NCBI GenBank assembly: GCA_039811685.1
Contig: JBDHZC010000002.1
Location: 320,001-384,000, forward strand
Direction: 5' to 3'
DNA from: Armatimonadota bacterium
GTDB taxonomy: Bacteria > Armatimonadota > UBA5829 > DSUL01
Length of the DNA: 64,000 bases
Made by a program: the position numbers and the translations under genes. The notes under the pieces are model-generated. The model ran no database searches and was not told where the DNA came from. It was given only the letters and a program-made list of their open reading frames with translations. Of the stretch, positions 9,365 through 20,335 are shown piece after piece; position 1 is the stretch's first letter, and every line of letters starts with the position of its first letter.

Positions 9365-9479
9365 AGGCCGCTAAGAGTGCCAGCTGCGCGATGACGAACA
9401 GTACAGTGCGTCGGCGTTTTCTTTTTCACGTACCGCAAAGGCACGGAAACTGTCGGAATGGAAAGGTAATGTTGTGAGG

Positions 9480-10355
9480 ATGGTTCGTTTGACTCAAGGT
9501 TGGACTTCGTCACGAAGACGGACTCTATCTGCGGCGCGTGAGTTTGACGTGCCCTCTGAGCTTCGCCCGGGCGACGGTGTCACCAGAAAGCCTTCAGCAA
9601 GTCTGCCAGAGACCACTGCCGGGTTCACCCTTATAGAGCTTCTGGTCGTCATCGCGATTATTGCGATTCTGGCGGCCATTCTCTTCCCCGTCTTCGTAAC
9701 AGCAAGAAACAAAGCCAAAGAGAGCCAGTGCATCAACAATCTGAAGCAGATTGGCACCGCAATGGCGCTGTACACAGACGACTACAAGGGCAAGTATCCG
9801 GACGCGCCAGGCTGCCAGCCGTTCGTTGGCACGCCGCCACTTGGCACACAGCAGGAGACCTACTCGACGTACGCATCCGGCAACGTTACGGTCGCGGGGT
9901 TGATCGTCCTGCTGAATCCCTACACCAAGAACGACCGCATTTTTACCTGCCCTCTCGGCGCGAAAAGAACATTGAACCAGGCGAAATGCTCTTTTCCAGG
10001 CAATGGGAATCCAGGGATTGTAGGCTGGGTCAAGAACACCAGTGGCCAGTGGGTCTCCAGCAACTATGTGTCCTACCCGCTGCAGATGGGCAAGAACGCC
10101 GACGGCTCCCCCGGACTGGAATATGTGCGCGGCTGGACGCAGGAGCAGGCGATAGACGCCTGGGGCAATGTATTCTCGCCACCCGATGGCGCTATGTGGC
10201 TAAAGGGCTACCACCAGCCAGAGTGGAACAACCGCTTCATTCAGGATGGATATCTGGTGAGTCAGTCGTGGCGGCCGCACCGCAACGCAACAGTCATCCT
10301 GTTCTACGATTTGCACGTCAAGTACGTGAAAGACTACAGGCCTGAAGGGAGCTAG
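9480..10355 (+). CDS. Prepilin-type (DUF1559-like) protein 2, close paralog of protein 1
   Basis: [26 protein letters not shown]-terminal [15 protein letters not shown]. Start uncertain (9474, 9480 or 9549). Confidence 0.88.
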   Translation: MVRLTQGWTSSRRRTLSAAREFDVPSELRPGDGVTRKPSASLPETTAGFTLIELLVVIAIIAILAAILFPVFVTARNKAKESQCINNLKQIGTAMALYTDDYKGKYPDAPGCQPFVGTPPLGTQQETYSTYASGNVTVAGLIVLLNPYTKNDRIFTCPLGAKRTLNQAKCSFPGNGNPGIVGWVKNTSGQWVSSNYVSYPLQMGKNADGSPGLEYVRGWTQEQAIDAWGNVFSPPDGAMWLKGYHQPEWNNRFIQDGYLVSQSWRPHRNATVILFYDLHVKYVKDYRPEGS

Positions 10356-10392
10356 ACTAAGAATCGAATCAGGCTTGAATAGTTGTGCCGGA

Positions 10393-11151
10393 ATGAGTCT
10401 GCGAGTGGATAGATCACGAGCTGGGTTTACTCTTATAGAGTTGCTGGTTGTCATCGCGATTATTGCTATTCTGGCAGCCATTCTCTTTCCAGTGTTTGCG
10501 CGGGCCAAGGCAAAAGCCCTGGAGTCGTCCTGCCTGTCCAATCTGAAGCAGATTGGCACAGCGATGGAGATGTATACTCAGGACAGCAAGGACAAATACC
10601 CGCCGTACATGGCCTATCGCGGCAAACCCGCAAACCAGCTCAAGCTCGGTGAGCTCGACTCTGCGCCCTATAGCGTTGCGGGACTCATTCCTGTTCTCCA
10701 GCCCTACACCAAGGACGCGCGCATCTGGATGTGTCCCGCCGGGGCCAAACGCGACAGGAACAAAAACCCGGCGCCTGGCACCTATCCCAAAGCTATCGTT
10801 GGATGGGTGCGAATGGAAGATGGCAGCTATGCCAGCACCAACTACATATCCTTTCCGCTGAACCCAACGGGCACAGCACCGGGTGTTGATTATCCTCAGG
10901 AGCAATCAGACAACAGCGCTCTTGGACGCACCGCAGCGCAGTGTATGGATATGATGGGTGGCTTCTTCTCACCAGGCGGCCGGATGTACGATGAATACCC
11001 GAACCCGAAGTGGAACAACCGCTTTATTCAGGATGGATACACAAAGCACTACGGACCCAGCAAAGATGGAGTCTGGCAACCTCACAGCGAGTCCAACGTT
11101 ATCCTCTATTTCGACTGCCACGCCGCGATTGTAAGAGATCCGAGAGCTTAG
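10393..11151 (+). CDS. Prepilin-type (DUF1559-like) protein 3
   Basis: [38 protein letters not shown]-terminal [15 protein letters not shown]. Start approximate. Confidence 0.88.
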   Translation: MSLRVDRSRAGFTLIELLVVIAIIAILAAILFPVFARAKAKALESSCLSNLKQIGTAMEMYTQDSKDKYPPYMAYRGKPANQLKLGELDSAPYSVAGLIPVLQPYTKDARIWMCPAGAKRDRNKNPAPGTYPKAIVGWVRMEDGSYASTNYISFPLNPTGTAPGVDYPQEQSDNSALGRTAAQCMDMMGGFFSPGGRMYDEYPNPKWNNRFIQDGYTKHYGPSKDGVWQPHSESNVILYFDCHAAIVRDPRA

Positions 11152-11238
11152 CGCAGGAAACAACGCCTCGCGGACGACACGCCCGGCTCCACATCGCGCA
11201 GCATGTACGCGGGTGTGAAAGCTGGCAGAAGTGGCGCT

Positions 11239-12276
11239 TTACAGAGACCTGAGCGCAGGCGCTGTGGACCCGCGAATGATCAGCTCCCCGGGGATAAGAA
11301 TAACTTCGGGCGGGGCGGCCGGGTCGCGCCGCCGCCGAACGATCAGATCAAGCGCCTGCGTTGCGACGCGGTCCGGTGAGAGGGCGAAGGTTGTGATAGG
11401 AGGCTGCCAGTACGCGGACTCCGGAAAAGCGCCGTAGCCAACAATGGAGATGTCTTCCGGGCAACGCCGGCCACACTCGCGCGCCGCGGTAATAGCGCCG
11501 ATGGCCATGGGGTCGTTTATGCAGAAGATCGCCGTGGTCTCAGGCTGCTTCTCCAGCAGAAGCGGCAGCGCATGGTACCCGGCGTCAAACCCAAACTCGG
11601 AAACGCTCTCAATGTCTTCATCCGTGACAGACAGGCCTGCCGACTCAAGAGCCCTCCTGCAACCGGCCAGCTTGCTCATAGAAGTCTTTGCGCGGGAGGC
11701 AAAATCTCCAATGAACCCGATGTGGCGATGCCCCAGGCTCAGTAAGTACGACGCAATCTGAAAACCTGCGTCTTCCCTGTCGGTCGCCACAAGGGATATG
11801 CCTTCAGGGCTGCCTGGCAACAGGTCCACTACGGGCAGACCTTCGGAGGCGAGCTGCGCCAGGGAGCTGTCACTCATAGCCGGAGAATCCCACAATACAA
11901 GAATGCCGCCAGTGTTGTGCAGCATTCTCCGCCGGAGGAATGCGTCCGCATCGTGATCTGTATCCGCAACATGCACGGTGGCCTCAAGTTCGCGGTCCGC
12001 GGCCGCGCGGCTGATGGCCATAGCCGTAGCGGCGTGGGAGATCGCCAGATTCCACGTGACTACCAGGACCGTGACCTGATTCGTGTAGCCGCGCTTCAGA
12101 TCCCGACCGACAGAGTTGAACTTGTAGCCAAGCTTGTGGACGGCGCTCCAGACACGGGCTTTGGTCTCGTCGGAGATGCGCTCAGCGTGCCAGTTGTTAT
12201 TCAGAATATACGAGACAGTCGCGTGAGAGACTTTGGCTTCTCGCGCAACATCCTTGATGGTTGGCCTGGGCGCCAT
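11239..12276 (-). CDS. LacI-family transcriptional regulator
   Basis: ATG after GGAGG; HTH PTIKDVAREAKVSHATVSYILN; sugar-binding domain motifs GHRHIGFI, TAIFCINDPMAIG, PEDISIVG, LIIRGST. Confidence 0.95.
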   Translation of the reverse strand: MAPRPTIKDVAREAKVSHATVSYILNNNWHAERISDETKARVWSAVHKLGYKFNSVGRDLKRGYTNQVTVLVVTWNLAISHAATAMAISRAAADRELEATVHVADTDHDADAFLRRRMLHNTGGILVLWDSPAMSDSSLAQLASEGLPVVDLLPGSPEGISLVATDREDAGFQIASYLLSLGHRHIGFIGDFASRAKTSMSKLAGCRRALESAGLSVTDEDIESVSEFGFDAGYHALPLLLEKQPETTAIFCINDPMAIGAITAARECGRRCPEDISIVGYGAFPESAYWQPPITTFALSPDRVATQALDLIVRRRRDPAAPPEVILIPGELIIRGSTAPALRSL

Positions 12277-12628
12277 AGAATCCTCCGAGACCTGCGTTGC
12301 CGGGACGAAGTGCGATGGAATACCGCCACTTTCGAATGCTGGAGCAGCAGATGACCTGTCCACAGCCGCTGTCTGTTTTCCCGATTACGCGCAGAATGAG
12401 TCCATTTTTCGGGAAAGTACGCCAGAGAGTGAGACAGCGCTCTGCAGCCGGCTGCAGGTAGTCTCTTCTTCTGGCCTGCCAATTATTCCTGCTACCAGAA
12501 GAAAGCAGGCCAGAGGCTCGGACATGGAATGACTGCATGAGTGCACCAGCACATCACGTGCGTCCCGGCGGGCCGCCAGGGCAACTGGTATGGCCCGCAC
12601 CGCCTATGCTAGAATACCTGCTACGCCT

Positions 12629-14116
12629 GTGACAAAGTATGTACCCGACAAACCTGAATTTATTGAGCGCGCGCGCCGTGGGAATCTGATCCCGGTTTAT
12701 CGCGAGATTCTAGCAGACATGGAGACCCCGGTCTCGGCTTTCCGCAAAGTTGGGCCCGGACACGCCTCTTTTCTGCTGGAGTCTGTGGAAGGCGGCGAGC
12801 GAATCGCGCGTTACTCCTTCATCGGAAGCGATCCCTTCTGCATCCTCAAGACTAAGGGGAAAGAAGCTTTCATCACAGAAGATGGCATCGAGCGGCAGGT
12901 GGGAATGGGAGCAGGTAGTGATCCACTGCACCTGCTCAAGGACCTTCTCAGCAGATATACGTGGGTTGGCGGAGAAGAGCTGCCCCCTTTCAGTGGGGGA
13001 GCAGTCGGCTATATCGGCTACGACACTATCCGTTTCTTTGAAGACATTCCGGATACAGTAACAGACGATCAGCGGTTCTACGACTGTGTATTTCTACTCA
13101 CGGATTCTCTGTTGATTTTCGACCACGTCCAGCACCGGCTGAAGGTACTGGTCAATGCGCGAGTAGATGGAGACCCTGAAGAAGCCTACGCGAGAGCGAC
13201 TGCGAAGATTGAGGAGATTATCGCCCTGCTGAAGCGTCCCGCGCCGCTTTCGGATTCAACTTCAGGTTCACAGCGAGACATTCAGATGACCCCGAATGTG
13301 CCCAGACACGAGTTTGAGGCGGCAGTCGAGCGTTGCAAGGAGTACATCAGGGCGGGGGACGTCATTCAGGTGGTGTTGTCTCAGCGGTTGTCGGCGCCAG
13401 TTAAGGCGCACCCCTTCGACATTTATCGCGCCCTGCGTTCTCTCAACCCCTCGCCTTACATGTATTATCTGTCGCTGGGTGATATGGACATCGTTGGGAG
13501 CTCCCCGGAAATTCTGGTGCGTGAGCAGCAGGGCACGGTCACTGTGCGCCCGATTGCCGGAACGCGCCCGCGCGGCCGCAGCACGGAAGAAGACCACGCC
13601 CTGGAGACAGAGTTGCTGGCGGATGAGAAAGAGCTCGCTGAGCATATCATGCTCGTTGATCTCGGGCGCAACGACATTGGGCGAGTGTGTCACTTCGGCA
13701 GCGTACAGGTTGACAATCTGATGACGATTGAGCGCTACTCTCACGTTATGCATATTGTCAGCAATGTCATTGGGCAGCTCCGATCCAGCAATGACAGCTT
13801 TGATGTTCTGCGCGCCACGTTCCCTGCGGGTACGGTGTCCGGAGCGCCAAAAATCCGTGCGATGGAGATCATAGACGAACTCGAAACTACGCGGCGCGGC
13901 CCCTACGCGGGCGCGCTGGGGTACATCAGCTTTTCGGGTGATATGGACATGGCCATTACAATCCGAACAATATTAATCAAAGACGGTGTGGCTACTGTCC
14001 AGGCTGGCGCGGGTATCGTGGCGGACTCCGTGCCGGAGCGCGAACATCAGGAATGCATGAACAAAGCTCGTGCGCTTCTAAGAGCGCTGGAGGTGGCGGA
14101 AGCGGGACTGGAATAG
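12629..14116 (+). CDS. trpE: Anthranilate synthase component I
   Basis: LLESVEGGERIARYSF, NPSPYM, GSSPE, PIAGTRPRG, EHIMLVDLGRND, GAPKIRAM, QAGAGIVADS. Start approximate. Confidence 0.97.
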   Translation: MTKYVPDKPEFIERARRGNLIPVYREILADMETPVSAFRKVGPGHASFLLESVEGGERIARYSFIGSDPFCILKTKGKEAFITEDGIERQVGMGAGSDPLHLLKDLLSRYTWVGGEELPPFSGGAVGYIGYDTIRFFEDIPDTVTDDQRFYDCVFLLTDSLLIFDHVQHRLKVLVNARVDGDPEEAYARATAKIEEIIALLKRPAPLSDSTSGSQRDIQMTPNVPRHEFEAAVERCKEYIRAGDVIQVVLSQRLSAPVKAHPFDIYRALRSLNPSPYMYYLSLGDMDIVGSSPEILVREQQGTVTVRPIAGTRPRGRSTEEDHALETELLADEKELAEHIMLVDLGRNDIGRVCHFGSVQVDNLMTIERYSHVMHIVSNVIGQLRSSNDSFDVLRATFPAGTVSGAPKIRAMEIIDELETTRRGPYAGALGYISFSGDMDMAITIRTILIKDGVATVQAGAGIVADSVPEREHQECMNKARALLRALEVAEAGLE

Positions 14117-14246
14117 ACGCCTCTCTGAGCAGGCGCTGCCCCGAGCATCTCAGCGGCGCGCAGGGCGTGACGGGCTGCCAGACTTTCACATTCAGCAAAC
14201 CTGACTCATCCGGAGCAGGCTCGACAAACTCCGCGGACTGACAACA

Positions 14247-14834
14247 ATGATACTTGTCATCGACAACTACGACAGCTTCACATACAACCTCGTGCAGTAT
14301 CTCGGCGAAATGGGCGAACAGCTTGTTGTCAAGCGCAACGACGAGATTGGCGTGGCGGACATTCACGATCTGAAGCCGGACCGAATCGTCATCTCGCCCG
14401 GGCCCTGTACGCCGAAGGAGGCTGGCATATCCGTGGACACGGTTCAAGAGTTTGCCGGGAAGATTCCGCTGCTGGGAGTGTGTCTGGGTCATCAGTCCAT
14501 CGGGGCTGCTTTCGGTGCGCAGATCGTCCGGGCGGCCAGGCCAATGCACGGGAAAACATCTCTGATCTATCACGACGGAAAGGGGCTGTTCAAGTCTCTG
14601 GACAACCCTTTCGTAGCGACGCGCTACCATTCTCTGATCATTCAGCGTGACAGCCTGCCGGACTGCCTGACCGTAAGCGCCTGGACGGAAGAAGGCGAGA
14701 TCATGGGGCTGCGGCACAAGACGCTGCAACTGGAAGGCGTGCAGTTTCATCCGGAGTCTATCCTCACGCGCGACGGAAAGACCTTGCTGCGCAACTTTGT
14801 TACGGGTGAGTGGGCGCCTGAGGAAGCCGCTTAG
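14247..14834 (+). CDS. trpG: Anthranilate synthase component II (glutamine amidotransferase)
   Basis: [30 protein letters not shown]. Confidence 0.97.
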   Translation: MILVIDNYDSFTYNLVQYLGEMGEQLVVKRNDEIGVADIHDLKPDRIVISPGPCTPKEAGISVDTVQEFAGKIPLLGVCLGHQSIGAAFGAQIVRAARPMHGKTSLIYHDGKGLFKSLDNPFVATRYHSLIIQRDSLPDCLTVSAWTEEGEIMGLRHKTLQLEGVQFHPESILTRDGKTLLRNFVTGEWAPEEAA

Positions 14835-14862
14835 TGCGCACTCTGAAACGGAATCTCCGCCA

Positions 14863-15891
14863 ATGGTGACCGAAGCCATAAAGAAAGTGCTCTCCCGGGA
14901 GAACCTCACAGAGCGGGAATCGGCGGCTGTGATGGCTTCGATTATGGAGGGCGAAGTCTCACCGGCGCAGTTCGGCGCTCTGGTCGTAGGTTTGAGGATG
15001 AAGGGGGAGACGAGTGAGGAGATCACCGGTTTCGCCCGAGCCATGCGTGAGAAATCCATCAAAGTCCGCACGAATCGCCCGATCGTCGTAGATACGTGCG
15101 GCACAGGTGGCGACCGGCTGAACACTTTTAACATCTCCACAACTGCGGCCTTCATTGTCGCCGGAGCAGGCGCGGCGGTGGCCAAGCACGGCAACCGCGC
15201 CGCCAGCAGCAAGTGCGGCAGCGCTGACGTTCTTGAAGCTCTCGGTGTTAACATTTCGCTCTCAGCGGAACAGGTAGGCAGCCTCATTGACGAGGTGGGT
15301 ATCGGATTTCTCTTCGCCGCCTCACTGCATCCCGCTATGAAGCATGCCGCGATTCCACGCCGTGAGATTGGCGTTCGCACAGTGTTCAACATACTTGGCC
15401 CCCTCACAAATCCCGCCGGAGCGAGGAGGCAGGTGCTGGGAGTCTTTGAGGACTGGGGATGTGAGCTGCTGGCGGGAGCGCTGGCAAGGCTCGGCAGTGA
15501 ACGGGCAATGGTCGTTCACGGTCTGCGGGGGATTGATGAGCTGGCGACATTTGGCGAAACGCACGTGTGTGAGGTGAGGGACGCAGAGGTGAGCCAGTGG
15601 GTGTTCCGGCCGCAGGACGTCGGACTGAGGGCGTGCAGTCCAGAAGATATCGCTGGCGGAGAAGCAGCCCACAACGCGGAGGTCTTTATGCAGGTATTGT
15701 CCGGCGGGGCGCCTCGCGCGCGTGAAATAGCAGCTCTCAACGCTGGCGCGGCACTCTTTGTGTCCGGCCTGGCGGAGTCTTTGCAGCACGGACTGGAATT
15801 AGCGGATGCCACCATTGCGGAAGGCGCGGCGCTGGACGTTTTCCGGCGCTACAAAGACAGGTCACAGGCTCTTGGAGCGCAGCAGACGTAG
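14863..15891 (+). CDS. trpD: Anthranilate phosphoribosyltransferase
   Basis: DTCGTGGD, FNIST, KHGNRAASSKCGSAD, GPLTNPA. Confidence 0.97.
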   Translation: MVTEAIKKVLSRENLTERESAAVMASIMEGEVSPAQFGALVVGLRMKGETSEEITGFARAMREKSIKVRTNRPIVVDTCGTGGDRLNTFNISTTAAFIVAGAGAAVAKHGNRAASSKCGSADVLEALGVNISLSAEQVGSLIDEVGIGFLFAASLHPAMKHAAIPRREIGVRTVFNILGPLTNPAGARRQVLGVFEDWGCELLAGALARLGSERAMVVHGLRGIDELATFGETHVCEVRDAEVSQWVFRPQDVGLRACSPEDIAGGEAAHNAEVFMQVLSGGAPRAREIAALNAGAALFVSGLAESLQHGLELADATIAEGAALDVFRRYKDRSQALGAQQT

Positions 15892-15932
15892 CGAATGTGC
15901 CCCGCAAACCGGGCACACTCCCTGATAAAATC

Positions 15933-16772
15933 ATGATACTGGATGAAATAATCGAGTACAAGCGAACGGAGATTGACGGGCGCAAGCAGACTGTGCCGCT
16001 TGCTGAGATGCAGGAGAGGATACAGCAAGCGCCCCCAGCGCGTCCTTTCGCCGAGACCCTGCGCCGTAGCAGTCAGGGAAAGCGCCGGGCAGCGCGCGCG
16101 GCAGGCGAGCAGGCCCTCCCCCGCCCTGCACCTCCTGCGCTTATCGCGGAGATCAAGGGCAAGTCTCCAAGCAAAGGCTCCATCCGGGAGAACGTCAATG
16201 CGCTGGAGATTGCGAAAGTCTATGAAGCTGGTGGAGCGGCGTGTCTTTCCATCCTCACAGACTCGCGTTTTTTTGGCGGCGCGCTTGAACGCATTCCAAC
16301 AGTGCGGGAGCATGTCCGGCTGCCAATTCTCCAGAAGGACTTCATCGTGGAGCCCTATCAGGTGTTTGAAGCGCGGGCACACGGCGCGGACTGCGTTCTG
16401 CTGATTGTTGCGGCGCTGGAGGCGGATGTTTTGAAGAGCCTCTACGGCCAGGCGCGAGAGCTGGGAATGGATGCGCTGGTGGAGGCGCACACGATGGCTG
16501 AGCTGGACTTTGCCGTAGCCAGCGGCTTTGAGCTGATCGGCATTAACAATCGCAACCTTGCCACCTTCGATGTGACGCTGGAGACAACTGAGAAGCTGGC
16601 GGCGTCGGTTCCCTCTGAGCGCATCCTGGTCGGAGAGAGCGGGATATTCGAAAAATGCGACGTTGACAGGCTGGCGCAAGCGGGAGTTGACGCTGTGCTG
16701 GTGGGTGAGGCGCTGATGGCTTCTGAGGATATCGAAGCCAAGGTGCGCGAGCTTGCCGGAGTGTCTGGTTGA
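15933..16772 (+). CDS. trpC: Indole-3-glycerol phosphate synthase
   Basis: IAEIKGKSPSKG, LSILTD, KDFI, GINNRNL, ESGI. Confidence 0.96.
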   Translation: MILDEIIEYKRTEIDGRKQTVPLAEMQERIQQAPPARPFAETLRRSSQGKRRAARAAGEQALPRPAPPALIAEIKGKSPSKGSIRENVNALEIAKVYEAGGAACLSILTDSRFFGGALERIPTVREHVRLPILQKDFIVEPYQVFEARAHGADCVLLIVAALEADVLKSLYGQARELGMDALVEAHTMAELDFAVASGFELIGINNRNLATFDVTLETTEKLAASVPSERILVGESGIFEKCDVDRLAQAGVDAVLVGEALMASEDIEAKVRELAGVSG

Positions 16773-17392
16773 CCCGTGTAAAGATTTGTGGTATCACGAA
16801 TCTACAGGACGCTCAGGCGGCTGTTGAGGCTGGAGCGGACGCCCTGGGGTTTGTTTTCGCGGAGAGCCCTCGCCGTATCTCCCCCGAAAGCGCCCGCGAT
16901 ATCATCCGCCGGCTGCCTCCATTTGTGCAGGCCGTGGGTGTGTTTGTGGGCGAGGACCCGGACGCTTCCACGATTGCGGCTGCATGCTCTCTGGATGCTG
17001 TTCAGCTTCACTCGGGCTACTCACTGCCGTATGTCCGGAGAATCGCGGACAGGCGCATTGTCCTTGGGATTCGCGTGAAAAACGAAGCGTCTCTGCAGGA
17101 CGTGCCAGGTGTGGAGCATGCGTGTGCGATTCTGCTGGACGCTTTTGTGCCGGAGGCTGCCGGAGGAAGTGGAAAAACCTTCGACTGGGAGCTTGCCAGG
17201 CAGGCGGATAGACTGGGAAAGCCGGTTATCGTCTCCGGTGGACTTACGGTGGACAACGTCGAGTCTGCCGTGAGACAAATGCGCCCCTACGCGGTGGACG
17301 TCTCCAGCGGTGTCGAATCCAGGCCGGGCGTGAAAGATCCGGAAAAGGTCAGGCTATTTATTGAGCGCGCAAAAGCTACACCAGATTTCTGA
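16769..17392 (+). CDS. trpF: Phosphoribosylanthranilate isomerase
   Basis: [27 protein letters not shown]. Confidence 0.96.
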   Translation: MTRVKICGITNLQDAQAAVEAGADALGFVFAESPRRISPESARDIIRRLPPFVQAVGVFVGEDPDASTIAAACSLDAVQLHSGYSLPYVRRIADRRIVLGIRVKNEASLQDVPGVEHACAILLDAFVPEAAGGSGKTFDWELARQADRLGKPVIVSGGLTVDNVESAVRQMRPYAVDVSSGVESRPGVKDPEKVRLFIERAKATPDF

Positions 17393-18599
17393 ACCCCCCT
17401 CACGGTGGCATTTTGGCCCGTACGGCGGCCGCTTTGTGCCAGAGACACTGATCCCCGCGCTGGATGAGTTGGCGGCGATTTACGAAGACAGCCGGGAGTC
17501 CAAAGAGTTCCAGGAAGAGCTGAACCACTACCTGCGGACCTACGTCGGACGCCCGACGGGTCTGTACTTCGCCCGGCGTCTAACGGAAAAGCTCGGAGGC
17601 GCCCGGATTTACCTGAAGCGGGAAGACCTCTGTCACACGGGCGCCCACAAACTCAACAACGTCATGGGGCAGATTTTGCTGGCCCGCAAGATGGGCAAGC
17701 CCCGAATCATTGCCGAGACTGGCGCGGGGCAGCATGGCGTTGCGACCGCAACCGTGTGCGCACTGTTTGGCTTTAAGTGTGACGTTTATATGGGCGAAGA
17801 GGACATCCATCGGCAGGCTCTCAATGTCTTCCGGATGGAGCTGCTGGGGGCGCGCGTCATTCCGGTCACATCGGGTACGCGCACTCTCAAGGACGCCACC
17901 AACGAGGCGCTGCGCGACTGGGTCACAAATGTCGCCGATACCCATTACGTGATTGGCTCGGTCGTCGGCCCCTACCCCTATCCGCTGATGGTGCGGGACT
18001 TCCAGTCAGTCATCGGAAAAGAGGCGCGCCAGCAGATTCTGGAGCTTGAGGGACGCCTGCCGGACTACGTGATGGCCTGCGTCGGCGGTGGTTCAAACGC
18101 CATTGGCATCTTCTATCCGTTCATTGAAGACAAAGAGGTAAAGCTGATAGGCGTGGAGGCAGCGGGCCACGGCATTGAAAGCAAGGACACGGCAGCCACG
18201 CTTGTAGCGGGAAGGCCGGGAGTCCTGCATGGCTCCTACAGCTATCTCTTGCAGGATGAGAGCGGGCAGGTTGCGCAGACGCACTCGGTGTCCGCGGGGC
18301 TGGACTATCCGGGCGTCGGGCCGGAACATAGCTGGCTGCGGGACAGTGGCCGGGCGCAGTATGTGGGTATTACTGATTCAGAAGCTCTGCAGGGATTTGA
18401 GGAGTTGACGCGACTGGAGGGCATTATTCCAGCGCTTGAGCCGTCACACGCAATCGCGCAGTGTATCAAGCTGGCGCCGACGCTTTCGAAGGATAGAATT
18501 GTTATTGTCAACCTCTCGGGCAGGGGAGACAAGGATGTGGAGACTGTTGCCCGCCTGATGGAGAAGCAAAGTGAGCCGGATCAGCCGTCGCTTTTCTGA
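17361..18599 (+). CDS. trpB: Tryptophan synthase beta chain
   Basis: [46 protein letters not shown]. Confidence 0.98.
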   Translation: MSAQKLHQISEPPSRWHFGPYGGRFVPETLIPALDELAAIYEDSRESKEFQEELNHYLRTYVGRPTGLYFARRLTEKLGGARIYLKREDLCHTGAHKLNNVMGQILLARKMGKPRIIAETGAGQHGVATATVCALFGFKCDVYMGEEDIHRQALNVFRMELLGARVIPVTSGTRTLKDATNEALRDWVTNVADTHYVIGSVVGPYPYPLMVRDFQSVIGKEARQQILELEGRLPDYVMACVGGGSNAIGIFYPFIEDKEVKLIGVEAAGHGIESKDTAATLVAGRPGVLHGSYSYLLQDESGQVAQTHSVSAGLDYPGVGPEHSWLRDSGRAQYVGITDSEALQGFEELTRLEGIIPALEPSHAIAQCIKLAPTLSKDRIVIVNLSGRGDKDVETVARLMEKQSEPDQPSLF

Positions 18600-19383
18600 G
18601 TTACGACAAACGGGCGGGCACGCGCTGGTGCCTTTTATCGCTGGCGGAGACCCCGGGATTTTCGCAACCGATCCGCTGGTGCTGGAGCTGGAAGCTGCGG
18701 GCGCGGACGTTGTCGAGATCGGTGTGCCTTTCTCCGACCCGATGGCGGACGGCCCCAGCAATCAGGCGGCTTTTTTCCGGGCGCTCCAGCGTGGCGTGAG
18801 CCTGCAGGATGTGCTGGACGCTGTCGAACGGATTCGTCAGGTCTCCCAGACGCCAATTGTGCTGATGACCTACAGCAACCCCGTATTCAGCTTCGGGTTG
18901 GAGAAATTTGCAACGGAAGCAGAGCGCGCCGGAGTGGACGGCGTGATTATGACCGATCTGACGCCTGAAGAATCCGGAAAGTGGATTAGCTCGGCGCGTG
19001 AGCACAATCTGGACACTATTTTTCTGCTTGCCCCAACAAGCACAGATGAGCGAATTGAACTCGTTGCCAGCATCAGCACTGGCTTTATTTACTGCGTCTC
19101 CCGCACTGGAATCACCGGAGCGCGCCAGGCGCTGCCGCCGGAGTTAGGTGATTTACTGCGGAAAATACGGAATCATACCGATAAGCCTGTTGTTGTCGGG
19201 TTTGGAATTTCAACCCGGGAGCACGTGCAGGAGGTTTGCCGGATTGCCGACGGAGCCGTTGTCGGCAGCGCGCTTGTGGATTTTATTCACGCGAAACACC
19301 GGCAGGACGATTTCCTGCCCAGGGTTCGGGAGTTTGTGCGAGATTTGAAAGAGGGGACGGGCGTTCTCGCTCCATCCCACTGA
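18571..19383 (+). CDS. trpA: Tryptophan synthase alpha chain
   Basis: [40 protein letters not shown]. Confidence 0.97.
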   Translation: MSRISRRFSELRQTGGHALVPFIAGGDPGIFATDPLVLELEAAGADVVEIGVPFSDPMADGPSNQAAFFRALQRGVSLQDVLDAVERIRQVSQTPIVLMTYSNPVFSFGLEKFATEAERAGVDGVIMTDLTPEESGKWISSAREHNLDTIFLLAPTSTDERIELVASISTGFIYCVSRTGITGARQALPPELGDLLRKIRNHTDKPVVVGFGISTREHVQEVCRIADGAVVGSALVDFIHAKHRQDDFLPRVREFVRDLKEGTGVLAPSH

Positions 19384-19536
19384 CCTTTTCCGGGTCTGAC
19401 ACATTCCCCCGCAGCGAAGCAGCAGCCGCAGCTAAAATGCCAGTAGCGCCTGCGCTGATGGGCTCTGTCATCGAAAATTGATGCACAGACCTCGCAGGGC
19501 GGCACTTCAGTGCGCAGCTTCGAACGAAGGCGTGCG

Positions 19537-20271
19537 ATGTACACCAGAGAACAGTTCGCGAAAATGATGGACTACACGCTCTTGCGGGCGACCTCAACCC
19601 GCGATGACGTGATCCGGATCTGCTCCGAAGCAAGAGACTACCATTTTGCAAGCGTATGCGTGCTCCCGTGCTGGGTCAATACGGCGGCGCGCCAGCTCGA
19701 AGGCTCGGATGTCAAAGTTGGAACGGTTGTCAGCTTCCCCTACGGAGCTACCAGCCGCGCTGTTAAGGTGGCCGAGGCCAAAGCTGCCCTTGCGAAAGGG
19801 GCTGAAGAGCTGGATGTGGTGATGAATATCTCCGCTTTCAAGAGCGGGGAATACGAGATTGTCGAGCGCGAAGTGAACGATCTGGTTGACGTCCTGCGCA
19901 TGAACGAGATGATCTCTGATGACAAGCGCGCCCAGATTAAGTTTATCATCGAGACTTGCTTCCTCACAGACCCGGAGAAAAAGCTCGCCTGCGAGATTAT
20001 CCGCGACGCGGGAGCGGACTTCATAAAGACTTCCACCGGCACCGCGCAGCGTGGGGCGACAGTGGATGACATTCGCTTCATCCGGCGCATTGTTGGTCCG
20101 GGAATGGGCGTGAAAGCGGCCGGAGGTATCCGCACCGTTCAACAGACGCTTGAGCTTCTGGACGCTGGAGCAAACCGCATCGGCACCAGCGCAGCGGTCT
20201 ATCTGTATCAGAACTACAATCCCGAACAGATAGCCCGGGAGAGTCACGCTGCAGTGGACAAAGCCAGCTAG
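19537..20271 (+). CDS. deoC: Deoxyribose-phosphate aldolase
   Basis: D.TLL, VSFPYG, ELDVV, KFIIET, GADFIKTSTG, VKAAGGIR, RIGTS. Confidence 0.93.
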   Translation: MYTREQFAKMMDYTLLRATSTRDDVIRICSEARDYHFASVCVLPCWVNTAARQLEGSDVKVGTVVSFPYGATSRAVKVAEAKAALAKGAEELDVVMNISAFKSGEYEIVEREVNDLVDVLRMNEMISDDKRAQIKFIIETCFLTDPEKKLACEIIRDAGADFIKTSTGTAQRGATVDDIRFIRRIVGPGMGVKAAGGIRTVQQTLELLDAGANRIGTSAAVYLYQNYNPEQIARESHAAVDKAS

Positions 20272-20335
20272 CCCCGTCCTTTGCGCGCGTGACATACCGC
20301 GCCCTTTCTGACAGGACGCCCAGAGGCGTGGAACC

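Noticed and set aside
12277..12628. Search for a trp leader peptide or T-box upstream of trpE
   Set aside because: No tandem Trp-codon ORF, T-box motif or attenuator seen; an extended -10 (TGCTAGAAT, 12607-12615) sits just before the gene.
13992..15407. Long antisense ORFs (e.g. 13992-15407, 37106-38275, 56341-57333, 59001-60248)
   Set aside because: Shadow frames of well-supported genes in GC-rich DNA, with no recognisable motifs.
18582..18599. TrpB C-terminal QPSLF resembling a beta-clamp binding motif
   Set aside because: Lies in the overlap with trpA and is dictated by that frame.
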